This document shows positions 1 through 7,357 of a stretch of 25,633 nucleotides of DNA, piece after piece. Each line of letters opens with the position of its first letter. Within the stretch, counting starts at the first letter, position 1. Under the pieces are notes generated by a model that made no database searches, was not told where the DNA came from, and worked only from the letters and a program-made list of their open reading frames with translations. The translations under genes and the position numbers were made by a program. The stretch comes from a virus (taxonomy: Duplodnaviria > Caudoviricetes): the IMG/VR virus record IMGVR_UViG_3300012952_000121, positions 1 to 25,633 of that record. The stretch is one strand, 5' to 3'.

Positions 1-299
1 CGGTACGGCTCCGGCATGAAGTCCCAGTAACTGATCCCCTTGCCGGATCCGGTCTGCATCCGCTTGATGCGGCGGGCTTCTTTGGCCTCCTCGGTTGCGA
101 CGGTGCGTTGACGTTGGAACTTCTCGCGGGCTTTGGGATCCGGCCACTGTGCCACCACCTCGGCGTGTGCCTCTTGAATCATCTTCTCCATTGCCGGGCG
201 TAGGGTCGGGACGGCCTTGTCTAGGAAATTGTCCATCATGTCTTGGAGCCCGTCGGACAGCTGCACGCTGACACCACCATGGGAGAAGGTCTGCCCCAT
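1..299 (-). CDS. Partial (3'-truncated) virion morphogenesis protein, possibly HK97 gp10-like tail completion protein
   Basis: Not in ORF track. ATG at 299, right after the upstream TGA (303-301), open to the window edge: MGQTFSHGGVSVQLSDGLQDMMDNFLDKAVPTLRPAMEKMIQEAHAEVVAQWPDP... The strand-helix-helix-WP pattern is reminiscent of gp10-like proteins; function is inferred. Confidence 0.5.
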   Translation of the reverse strand, partial: MGQTFSHGGVSVQLSDGLQDMMDNFLDKAVPTLRPAMEKMIQEAHAEVVAQWPDPKAREKFQRQRTVATEEAKEARRIKRMQTGSGKGISYWDFMPEPY

Positions 300-300
300 C

Positions 301-524
301 TCAGTCCCCCAGCCAGAACCGCGAAGCCTTCTCACTGCCCATCGTCACGTTAGGCGGAAGGGCCGATCGGCCTGGCTTCTTTGGTTTGTTCTGGATTCGA
401 GAGTGGGCAAGCACCGCGATCTGTTCCTGTCGTTTCAACTGGTAGAACCAAGACGGGTCACCAGCGTGTTGCAACCCCAGAGAGACAGCGACTAAATCCG
501 CTGATCCTCTCCGGGACCGATAAA
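301..524 (-). CDS. Putative gpT-like C-terminal part of tail assembly chaperone, reached by -1 frameshift
   Basis: Frame is open 567->301 with no good early start and is -1 relative to the chaperone ORF. It reads ...FYRSRRGSADLVAVSLGLQHAGDPSWFYQLKRQEQIAVLAHSRIQNKPKKPG...FWLGD* and fills the gap to the next ATG. Confidence 0.6.
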
Positions 525-878
525 AGCCTCGGTTTTCGTGACCTCGTTCTCCCGTGGAAAGAGGGACTCACAGGCGAGCGTGAAGCACTGCACAGCAGCG
601 TTTGCCAGCTCCTCCCGATCGTGTCCGTCTGCCATGAGTGCCGAGTACACCCGGCCCCCGTAGATGATCAGATCGCACCCGGTCTTCTCGTACGCCGCGA
701 GGCCACCGCCCAACTCTGGCACGCACAGACCGAGGGCACCGAACAGCGCACGCTGTTGTCGGCGTTGGCCCTCCTCCGAGCTGTAGCCAATGGCGATGTC
801 CTCCCGCTCTGCGAAGCCTGGAAGCGTGATCCGATACTCTCTGTCTTTCAGCTTGATCATCTGTTTTCCGTTTTGCAT
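492..878 (-). CDS. Tail assembly chaperone (gpG-like)
   Basis: 128 aa, immediately downstream of the tail tube gene. GGGAGA RBS precedes ATG 878; overlapping -1 frame at the 3' end. Confidence 0.65.
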   Translation of the reverse strand: MQNGKQMIKLKDREYRITLPGFAEREDIAIGYSSEEGQRRQQRALFGALGLCVPELGGGLAAYEKTGCDLIIYGGRVYSALMADGHDREELANAAVQCFTLACESLFPRENEVTKTEAFIGPGEDQRI

Positions 879-915
879 AGGGTCTCCCAAAATAGAGGTT
901 CAAAGCTGCAAGCCA

Positions 916-1401
916 TCAGGTCATCGTGATCGATCCGTACACGGTACCGCTGATGGCGAAGCTGTTGGGGTCGCCTTCGGACATGTCGATCGACAGAGCA
1001 ACGTCATCACAGACGACAACGTGCGACGCGCCACCGGGCTCGGTGACCGTCCAGGTCAGTTTGAGCGTGTACACGTCCGCATTCGCTCCCAGCGTCGAGA
1101 CTGCAGCAGCAAACGCGCCTTGCTTCATCACGATATCGGGAAGCGTCAGCTCCGTACCGTCACTCACGTCAGTCATGTGGGCACTGAACCCCAGAGACGG
1201 AAATGTCTGGTTTGTGTGGCGGACGGACCCGAGGTCCCCCCGGTCTAGGTACGTGGTGATCTCCTTCTGTCCGGAGGTCAGGCCGGTCAGGCTGAAGTCT
1301 CCAGCCTCATACTGGACAGTGACAGCGAGGGGGGTGCCTGTACCGTCCTCCAGAAGGAGGGCCCCATCCCGTAGGTTCTTCACGATACTTGAGATTGCCA
1401 T
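916..1401 (-). CDS. Major tail (tube) protein
   Basis: 161 aa, acidic, beta-rich, G/T/S-rich. AGGAG RBS; lies between the tail-terminator candidate and the chaperone. Confidence 0.7.
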   Translation of the reverse strand: MAISSIVKNLRDGALLLEDGTGTPLAVTVQYEAGDFSLTGLTSGQKEITTYLDRGDLGSVRHTNQTFPSLGFSAHMTDVSDGTELTLPDIVMKQGAFAAAVSTLGANADVYTLKLTWTVTEPGGASHVVVCDDVALSIDMSEGDPNSFAISGTVYGSITMT

Positions 1402-1411
1402 GTGTCAGCTC

Positions 1412-1594
1412 CTAAGCCTTTGCGGGCTTCTTCTTTGCGGTGGTTTTTGGTGGGTTTTGCTTGAGCCACCACACAGAAGCCGCGGCTTCCATCCGGTGCT
1501 TGGGATCGATCGTCTTGACGAACTGGGCAGGGCGGTCCGCCTCGCGCCAGCCGGGGGCCACTTCATCCAGAAATGCCTCGTGTGTTTTGCGCAT
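1412..1594 (-). CDS. Small hypothetical protein with basic C-terminus
   Basis: ATG 1594 with AGGAGA RBS; 60 aa, MRKTHEAFLDEVAPGWRE...KKKPAKA. Confidence 0.6.
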   Translation of the reverse strand: MRKTHEAFLDEVAPGWREADRPAQFVKTIDPKHRMEAAASVWWLKQNPPKTTAKKKPAKA

Positions 1595-1602
1595 GGGGTC
1601 TC

Positions 1603-2037
1603 CTATGAAAGGGCCAAGATGTGAAGAGAGGAAAAGGACACCTCGCCCGTGAACCATTCCCCGGAGGGGTCAACGGCTCGAGAGGTGGCCCCGTTGTAGG
1701 ACAGCTGCAGCTCGGTCAGGGTGCCCGTGTCAGCCATCACAGCAGCAACGATCGCGGCCTCTGCGTCGAGGCTGTCATCGTATGAAGTGATCTGGTCTTT
1801 CGGCTTGATGCGGTGAGCGAAGGAGACCAGGACATCCGTACGGCAAAGAACGCCTTCAGCGGCCTTCTGACGGCTTGCAATGGGTGAGGTGCGGGGACAC
1901 CCCACCGCGAACCGTTTGTGGAGCACAGAGGACGGGTCACGGGGGAACACGCCATAGGGGGCGGAACTCTCCGTGAAGTCAGCAGCGGACACAGCGGTGG
2001 CGACCCGCTGCCGTATCGTCTTGACTGCGATGGCCAT
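1603..2037 (-). CDS. Putative tail terminator / neck protein
   Basis: TGATG coupling with the upstream gene at 2037. 144 aa, with N-terminal 'KTIRQRVATAV' helix and C-terminal beta strands typical of terminators; upstream of the tube gene. Confidence 0.55.
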   Translation of the reverse strand: MAIAVKTIRQRVATAVSAADFTESSAPYGVFPRDPSSVLHKRFAVGCPRTSPIASRQKAAEGVLCRTDVLVSFAHRIKPKDQITSYDDSLDAEAAIVAAVMADTGTLTELQLSYNGATSRAVDPSGEWFTGEVSFSSLHILALS

Positions 2038-2804
2038 CAGAACGACCACCGGCGCGCGGGGGCGCTGTTGAGGTAGACAACGGACTGCGAAGACTTCCGC
2101 TTGTCCCCGTCTGGCTTCCCATCGTGGTCCTCGTCATACCGGAAGCTCAAGGTCTTCCAGGCAAAGGACGCCTCGCGCTTGTGGTTCTCTGCTAGGGCCA
2201 GATACTTGCCGTCTCCCATCGAACTGGCAAAGTCCCGAAAGATAAGAGACAGGCAGGTCTCCAGGTGAAGCTCTCGAAGCGCGAAGGGTTCGAGGATGAG
2301 ATAGGGGAATCGGCCCTCTCCAGCTGCAACCAGGCGCCCCAGGATCTGAAGCCAGCTCTCGTCAATGTAGCTCTGGTAGCTGGTCATCCCACTGGGGCGC
2401 AGCTCGTCCAGATCCGAGTACAAACGCTCTAGATCAACGTCCGAGATCACCGGGTACAAGGCCCGGAGGACCAGGGCCGCAGGACGGCGGAAGGTGTGGG
2501 TCACACCATCCGGCATCGCGAGGGCCCACTCTTCGCGCCAGTCCTCGCCCAGGTTGAGCGTTGATGGCAGGGTGGCCGCTCCGATGGCGTACTGTGCAAC
2601 CGATCCCGAGATGGTCACCGCAGCCGCTGAGACCACCGCCGTGTCCGTGGCGTCGTACAGGGTGTACGTACCACTGGCCGGGGCCGCAAGAGCCCCATCG
2701 CGGTACACCTTCAACTCAACCGTCTGGTCACGGCCTCGCGTCAGATACTGCGGTAGTGCGACAGCCGCTGAATATGGCGACTCCCATGCGTCGGAAACGG
2801 ACAC
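2037..2804 (-). CDS. Putative head-tail adaptor with extra N-terminal beta-rich domain
   Basis: 255 aa. N-terminal ~110 aa is beta-rich; C-terminal part is helical (YQSYIDESWLQILGRL...), as in gp15/gp6-type adaptors. Synteny supports the call. Confidence 0.5.
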   Translation of the reverse strand: MSVSDAWESPYSAAVALPQYLTRGRDQTVELKVYRDGALAAPASGTYTLYDATDTAVVSAAAVTISGSVAQYAIGAATLPSTLNLGEDWREEWALAMPDGVTHTFRRPAALVLRALYPVISDVDLERLYSDLDELRPSGMTSYQSYIDESWLQILGRLVAAGEGRFPYLILEPFALRELHLETCLSLIFRDFASSMGDGKYLALAENHKREASFAWKTLSFRYDEDHDGKPDGDKRKSSQSVVYLNSAPARRWSF

Positions 2805-2817
2805 AGATCACCCCAGG

Positions 2818-3051
2818 TTACGAGCCGTCGATTTCGACCCAGGAACCACCGATCATCATCCAGAGGGCTGCAGATGCTGCAGCTGCGTCTGTCTTCAGGT
2901 ACAGAGAGCCATTTGGCTCTGTGGAGGTGGGGTCGCCCGTGCCGGACGTGATGGTGGGGGTGGATGCATCTGCCTCTGTGGCAGAGCCGCGCACGCCAAC
3001 TCCAACGGAGCTGACCGGCTTACGGTAGCGGTATGCGAATTTGCTGGCCAT
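2818..3051 (-). CDS. Small virion protein (head decoration/fibre-like)
   Basis: GAGGT RBS. The motif TSGTGDP...NGSLYLKTD...LW...GSW resembles short repeat units of phage fibre proteins. Confidence 0.5.
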   Translation of the reverse strand: MASKFAYRYRKPVSSVGVGVRGSATEADASTPTITSGTGDPTSTEPNGSLYLKTDAAAASAALWMMIGGSWVEIDGS

Positions 3052-3070
3052 GATTACCTCTCACAGACGC

Positions 3071-3220
3071 TCAGCGTCTGGCCTTGTTTTCTGTTTTGAT
3101 GATTGCTTTGCGCACGCGCTCGCGTGCTTTGTCGTGACTGATTCTCCGCCCGTTACGCTCTGCCTCTTTGACGATCTGGCGCGCTGTGCGCTCGATGCCT
3201 TCCCGCTTGTTTTCAGACAT
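3071..3220 (-). CDS. Small basic hypothetical protein (49 aa)
   Basis: ATG 3220 overlaps the upstream gene end, with GGCGG upstream: MSENKREGIERTARQIVKEAERNGRRISHDKARERVRKAII... Confidence 0.6.
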   Translation of the reverse strand: MSENKREGIERTARQIVKEAERNGRRISHDKARERVRKAIIKTENKARR

Positions 3221-3854
3221 TGGCGGCCGCCTTCTTCCGTGGGGCGCGCTTGCGCTTGGTGGCAGCCTTCGCACCCTTGAGCCGCTTCTCGTCTGCCTCA
3301 ACCCGGGCCTTGACGCCTGGGATGTGGATCGACTTTCCGGCCCGGTTGATCCGGCTCTGCAGCGAATGCAGCACGGCCTCCAGGGCCTCGGGGGCGGGCG
3401 TTGGAATCACGCCAGACTCGACCAGCGAACGGCGGAAGGTGTTGTAGCCCTCGGCATCATGACGGACGACGATCTTCCGGCCCATCAGGTGGGGGGTGTC
3501 CCAGGTGAGGTATGAGCTTTGGCCGCGGGCTGTGGGGTACTTGGTGACGTAGCCCAGATCCCGGGGGATGATGGTCCAGCCGCGATCACGGTAGGACAGG
3601 CGGGCAGCTGAGTCATCCACACCGCCACCACGCACAGAGCGCACCCCGTTGATACCGGCCTGAAGGTACAGGGGCTTGAGGCGGGGCAGCCACTCATACT
3701 CACCCGTGGGGGTCTCGACGATCTCCCAGTTCTCGGGGTGGTGCATGAGGTGAAAGTCTGGCTGTGCTCGGCCTGGAAGCTTGTTCGCGCCGGGACGAGT
3801 GTCCGCCGCTGCTCCTGTGACCACGGTACCGATAGAAGCGAAGTCGCGTGCCAT
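3213..3854 (-). CDS. Hypothetical head-module protein
   Basis: 213 aa, GGGAGA RBS, directly after the capsid gene, K/R/A-rich C-terminus. No family recognised. Confidence 0.75.
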   Translation of the reverse strand: MARDFASIGTVVTGAAADTRPGANKLPGRAQPDFHLMHHPENWEIVETPTGEYEWLPRLKPLYLQAGINGVRSVRGGGVDDSAARLSYRDRGWTIIPRDLGYVTKYPTARGQSSYLTWDTPHLMGRKIVVRHDAEGYNTFRRSLVESGVIPTPAPEALEAVLHSLQSRINRAGKSIHIPGVKARVEADEKRLKGAKAATKRKRAPRKKAAANV

Positions 3855-3877
3855 GTGTTGTGTCTCCCGTTTGAGTG

Positions 3878-3950
3878 AAAAAAAGAAAGGCGCCCCGGGG
3901 CAACGTGCGCCCTGGGGAGACAGCTGGAGGCATGCCGACCCAGGGCGCCC
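3878..3950 (-). terminator. Long GC-rich hairpin with U-tract after the major capsid gene
   Basis: GGGCGCCCUGGG (3950-3939) pairs with CCCGGGGCGCCU (3899-3888), followed by UUCUUUUUUU (3887-3878). Confidence 0.65.
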
Positions 3951-3957
3951 GAAGGTG

Positions 3958-4878
3958 CTACGAAGCCAGAGTCACCAGCCCGACTCCCATGTCGTCCTGA
4001 ATCACGCTCAGGCCCAGATAAGCAGAGCTGACCACCTCGGTGACGGCCTTGCTTGCTTGACGCTGGAACTCCACGGTCACGAACGAGCCCGCAGGGCGGA
4101 CCACGTCACCGTGAGAGATGACCGGCTGTGCGTCGCAGTAACCGAGAGCACCAGCGGCCCAGAACGCACCGTGACGAGAACCGCCGCCGGTGGTTACCTG
4201 GCTGGATGTATACAAGTCAATACCCAGGAACGAACCGGCATATCCCGCACCCTTGATGTTGAGCATCTCCTGGGTTGGGCTCATGAATTGCAGGGCTCCG
4301 GCCTCTGCCCGGATGCTGGACTGAATGTCTGAGAGCTGACATGGCGCGAGCAGCCCGAAGTATGGGCCGGAGTTGCTTTGGCCCTGGAGTCTGGCGAGGG
4401 CCGAAAACACGTCATCCACGGTGGCGGCACCGGCCGCGGCGCCCACATCGTGACTGAAGGTTGCGATAGCAGTACCCACGAGATCCATGAAGCACTTCTC
4501 AGCTTCACCAACCGCGGAGGCTGCCAGGCGCTGGGGGGTGATGTCTCCGCCGCCCATTCCGGTACTTTCTGCAATGTCGGTCAGATGCCGGTACAGAGAG
4601 TATCGGCTGACCGCGATTGCTGCAGAGGCGTCCGTGATGCTCGTGGTAGCGGTGGGGTCTGTGTCTTCACTTACGGACTCCATCGTGTCATAGCCGTCCA
4701 GGCCAGCCAACCGAATTTGTTTGGTGTCCGATCCCAAATTGTTAACTGTTCCAAAGTACTGAACGGCGCCAGACGTACGGATGGAGGTGCGATCGGCGAG
4801 CAGGAGAGCGATTTCCTGAGACAGGACAGACGCCATCCGAAGATCGGTTTCAAGTGCAGCATGTGTAATTGTAGCCAT
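3958..4878 (-). CDS. Major capsid protein (HK97 fold inferred)
   Basis: 306 aa after the scaffold, GGAG RBS, followed by a terminator. 'GSFLGIDLYTS', 'VEFQRQ' and the C-terminal G-x-x-V-I-Q-D-D-x-G-V pattern are typical of capsid proteins. Confidence 0.8.
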   Translation of the reverse strand: MATITHAALETDLRMASVLSQEIALLLADRTSIRTSGAVQYFGTVNNLGSDTKQIRLAGLDGYDTMESVSEDTDPTATTSITDASAAIAVSRYSLYRHLTDIAESTGMGGGDITPQRLAASAVGEAEKCFMDLVGTAIATFSHDVGAAAGAATVDDVFSALARLQGQSNSGPYFGLLAPCQLSDIQSSIRAEAGALQFMSPTQEMLNIKGAGYAGSFLGIDLYTSSQVTTGGGSRHGAFWAAGALGYCDAQPVISHGDVVRPAGSFVTVEFQRQASKAVTEVVSSAYLGLSVIQDDMGVGLVTLAS

Positions 4879-4978
4879 GGTGTAGCTCCGTAAAGGTGAG
4901 AGGCATTTGTGAGTATTTGCCGATCACGCTGTTACGGTTGCGAACCGCGGCCTGTAGGTACTGTGTACAGTTTACAGT

Positions 4979-5590
4979 TCAAGCACCGTTTGTCAACCCG
5001 GAGAGGATGCGATCCCGCTGTGCCTTATACTGTTCAGTTGACATCTGCCCGATCTCCGAGGCGCTGGGCATCGCCTGGGCTGGTGGAGTAGGCACCGCGC
5101 CATTGTTGGACGATGGGATCGGGGCAGGGGTGGGGGCTGCTTTCTGTTCAGGTACGGGGGCCGCCTCGGTCGGTGCTGCCACCTGGGCAGGGGCAGGGGC
5201 GGGGGTGTTCACCGATAGGAGGGCCGAGACGGATCGCGGTAGACTGTCCTTGGCACTCAGCCAGTCACCCACGCCAACACCCTCCGGGGCCCGGCGCTCG
5301 TAGATGGCCAGCAGATCGGCCACATCGTCCGGGTCTGTAATGCCGTGGCTCATCACGTCGATCTGGCGAGCGTGCCCGGTGGTGGCAGCCTCAAGCGATG
5401 CACGCACCTTGTCCAGTTCAGCCTGGAGCGCTTCAGAGTCGCCAGCCTTGGCGGTCAGGCCCTCCAGCTGCTCTGCCAGTTCTGCGGCCTTGGTGGTGGC
5501 TTCGCGCTTGTCTGCGGTGGCCTTCTTGAGTCGGTCCTCTGGCACCCAGCCAGAGATCTCTGCGTTGCATGATGGACAGGACAGTCCCAT
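4979..5590 (-). CDS. Capsid scaffolding protein
   Basis: ATG 5590 with GAGGGAG RBS (the track's 5782 start overlaps the portal). Coiled coil, Pro/Ala linker and C-terminal helix MSTEQYKAQRDRIL; lies between portal and capsid. Confidence 0.75.
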   Translation of the reverse strand: MGLSCPSCNAEISGWVPEDRLKKATADKREATTKAAELAEQLEGLTAKAGDSEALQAELDKVRASLEAATTGHARQIDVMSHGITDPDDVADLLAIYERRAPEGVGVGDWLSAKDSLPRSVSALLSVNTPAPAPAQVAAPTEAAPVPEQKAAPTPAPIPSSNNGAVPTPPAQAMPSASEIGQMSTEQYKAQRDRILSGLTNGA

Positions 5591-5603
5591 TTTTTGTCTC
5601 CCT

Positions 5604-7334
5604 CTATGGTTTTGGTGTAGCTGATTGAGCAACGAAGCCAAGGCCCACGGTACCCATGATGCGATTAGCGGAGGCCACTGGAATGCCGAAGAACTCCACA
5701 AGCATCGACAGACCAGAATCCCGTGGGAGGTCGCCAACAGCCACAGCTGTGACAATTCCCTGCGCGGCTGTGACTTGCGCACCGTTGAGGACCACCCGCT
5801 CGCCTACGTCCTGGATGTTCCCATCCTCGTCGATGGTGGGCTCGTCGCCAATGACTGCGCCGGCCTCGGCTGTGGTGCCTGCTGCTCCCGACATCGGAAC
5901 GGTAATAGACTCCTCCAGCTTGATGCGCTGCAGCTCCTGCAAAGCTCGGGCCCGGGAGATACCCGGGTGCATCAGCATGTAGGCGTCCACCTTCGACATC
6001 AGACCCAGTTCGATCTTCTCCAGGACATCCCGCCGGATGCTGTCCCGCTCCTGGGGGCTCAGGGGGACGGACTGGAACCGCACGGTGTAGCCCGTCTCTG
6101 GCAGCGTGGAACCCGTGGCACGGTTCAACATGCACGCGCTGATGCGCAGGAGCTCAACAGTGGCCACCCGGAAGGTGGGCATGAACTTCGCCTGTGCTTC
6201 CCGCTTGCCGGCCTGGGTGACCGTCACGGCGTAGCCGCTCTTGGGGGTGCCGTGGTTCCGGGTCAGGTTTGCGGGTGAGATGCCAGAGAACTCTGAGATC
6301 CGATTCTCAAAGAGGGAGACGGACTCCATCAGCTTGGCCACGTCGGCCCCTGCTGAGAACTGGCCCAGTTGGGGCTGCAGTTCGTTGCCGTCACTTGTGA
6401 ACATCAGAATGGAGCCCGGGTCCGTGGCCACGGATCGGTGGGCGTCCTTGCCGCTGCCTGTGTGCTCCAGGCCCGCGGGTACTGCACCGACTGCGTAGCG
6501 TTGCGGCCAGCTTGCGTCCTTGCATACATGAACGAAAAAGGACATGAGCACAGCAGCGGACAGCGACCCGTAGACCAGTTCCGACCCCTCGAAGGAGTCC
6601 CACAGACGGCCGGTCTTCTCTGCGTGGATGAGTGTCAACGGAAGGAAGGGCTTCCCTGTGCTGTCCCTGTACGGGTACGCCTCACCGGTCCGGGTCTCTC
6701 CCAGGTAGTCCAGGGTGACATCCACGTCCTTGCCCCGGTGGTCTGCAAGCATGATGCGCTCCGAGGGGTTGCTCGGGTCGGAGATGTCCAGGACATCCCA
6801 GCACCACTGCCGCTTCCCTGTGACCGGGTGTTGGCGAAGTCGCAGCTCCTTCACATACACGGGCCGGTCTGGGCGGTCTGGGTCAGCTGCGCAGATGAGG
6901 TGGTCCGGTGCGATCGGACGGTACTGCAGTTCACCGTCTGCCGTGGCGTGTACACGCACCGCGTACTCCCGGCAGCCAATAGCGAAAACAGACACCCGAG
7001 ACATGAGCGGCCACAGGCCCGCCTTGTCAATGGCGAGGCCAAGCTCCGCCGCCGCTTCCGGTGCGTCAGCATTGTCCATAAGGGGCGGCCGATCGTACAG
7101 ACAGGACATCTGCTTTGTGACCGATCGGAACACGTTGGAGCTCAGGTCCGGGATGCCCCATGCGGCCTGCCGTGTGGGGTCGATGTGAAGAGAGATCGCA
7201 CGCTCAAGATCCTCCTGCCAGCGCCCGAGAAGCATCCGAATCCGGAGGCTACTGTGGTCCCACCTCTTCTGGTCCTCCGCTGTGGGGGCTGCTGGGGGGG
7301 TCGGTATTGTCGCAGACAGAAGAGAGAGTGCCAT
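5604..7334 (-). CDS. Portal protein
   Basis: 576 aa directly after terL. 'SSNVFRSVTKQMSCLYDRPP' and 'SGYAV' segments and the helical C-terminus resemble SPP1-type portals. Confidence 0.8.
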   Translation of the reverse strand: MALSLLSATIPTPPAAPTAEDQKRWDHSSLRIRMLLGRWQEDLERAISLHIDPTRQAAWGIPDLSSNVFRSVTKQMSCLYDRPPLMDNADAPEAAAELGLAIDKAGLWPLMSRVSVFAIGCREYAVRVHATADGELQYRPIAPDHLICAADPDRPDRPVYVKELRLRQHPVTGKRQWCWDVLDISDPSNPSERIMLADHRGKDVDVTLDYLGETRTGEAYPYRDSTGKPFLPLTLIHAEKTGRLWDSFEGSELVYGSLSAAVLMSFFVHVCKDASWPQRYAVGAVPAGLEHTGSGKDAHRSVATDPGSILMFTSDGNELQPQLGQFSAGADVAKLMESVSLFENRISEFSGISPANLTRNHGTPKSGYAVTVTQAGKREAQAKFMPTFRVATVELLRISACMLNRATGSTLPETGYTVRFQSVPLSPQERDSIRRDVLEKIELGLMSKVDAYMLMHPGISRARALQELQRIKLEESITVPMSGAAGTTAEAGAVIGDEPTIDEDGNIQDVGERVVLNGAQVTAAQGIVTAVAVGDLPRDSGLSMLVEFFGIPVASANRIMGTVGLGFVAQSATPKP

Positions 7335-7357
7335 GTGTCACACCAGGGGGTTGGATA

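Noticed and set aside
4927-4948. preQ1-I riboswitch resemblance (GGUUCGCAACC)
   Set aside because: The loop is too short, the long A-tract is missing, and there is no queuosine-related gene context.
5085-5210. G-rich GGGGCA-type repeats
   Set aside because: Explained by Pro/Ala codons of the scaffold linker.
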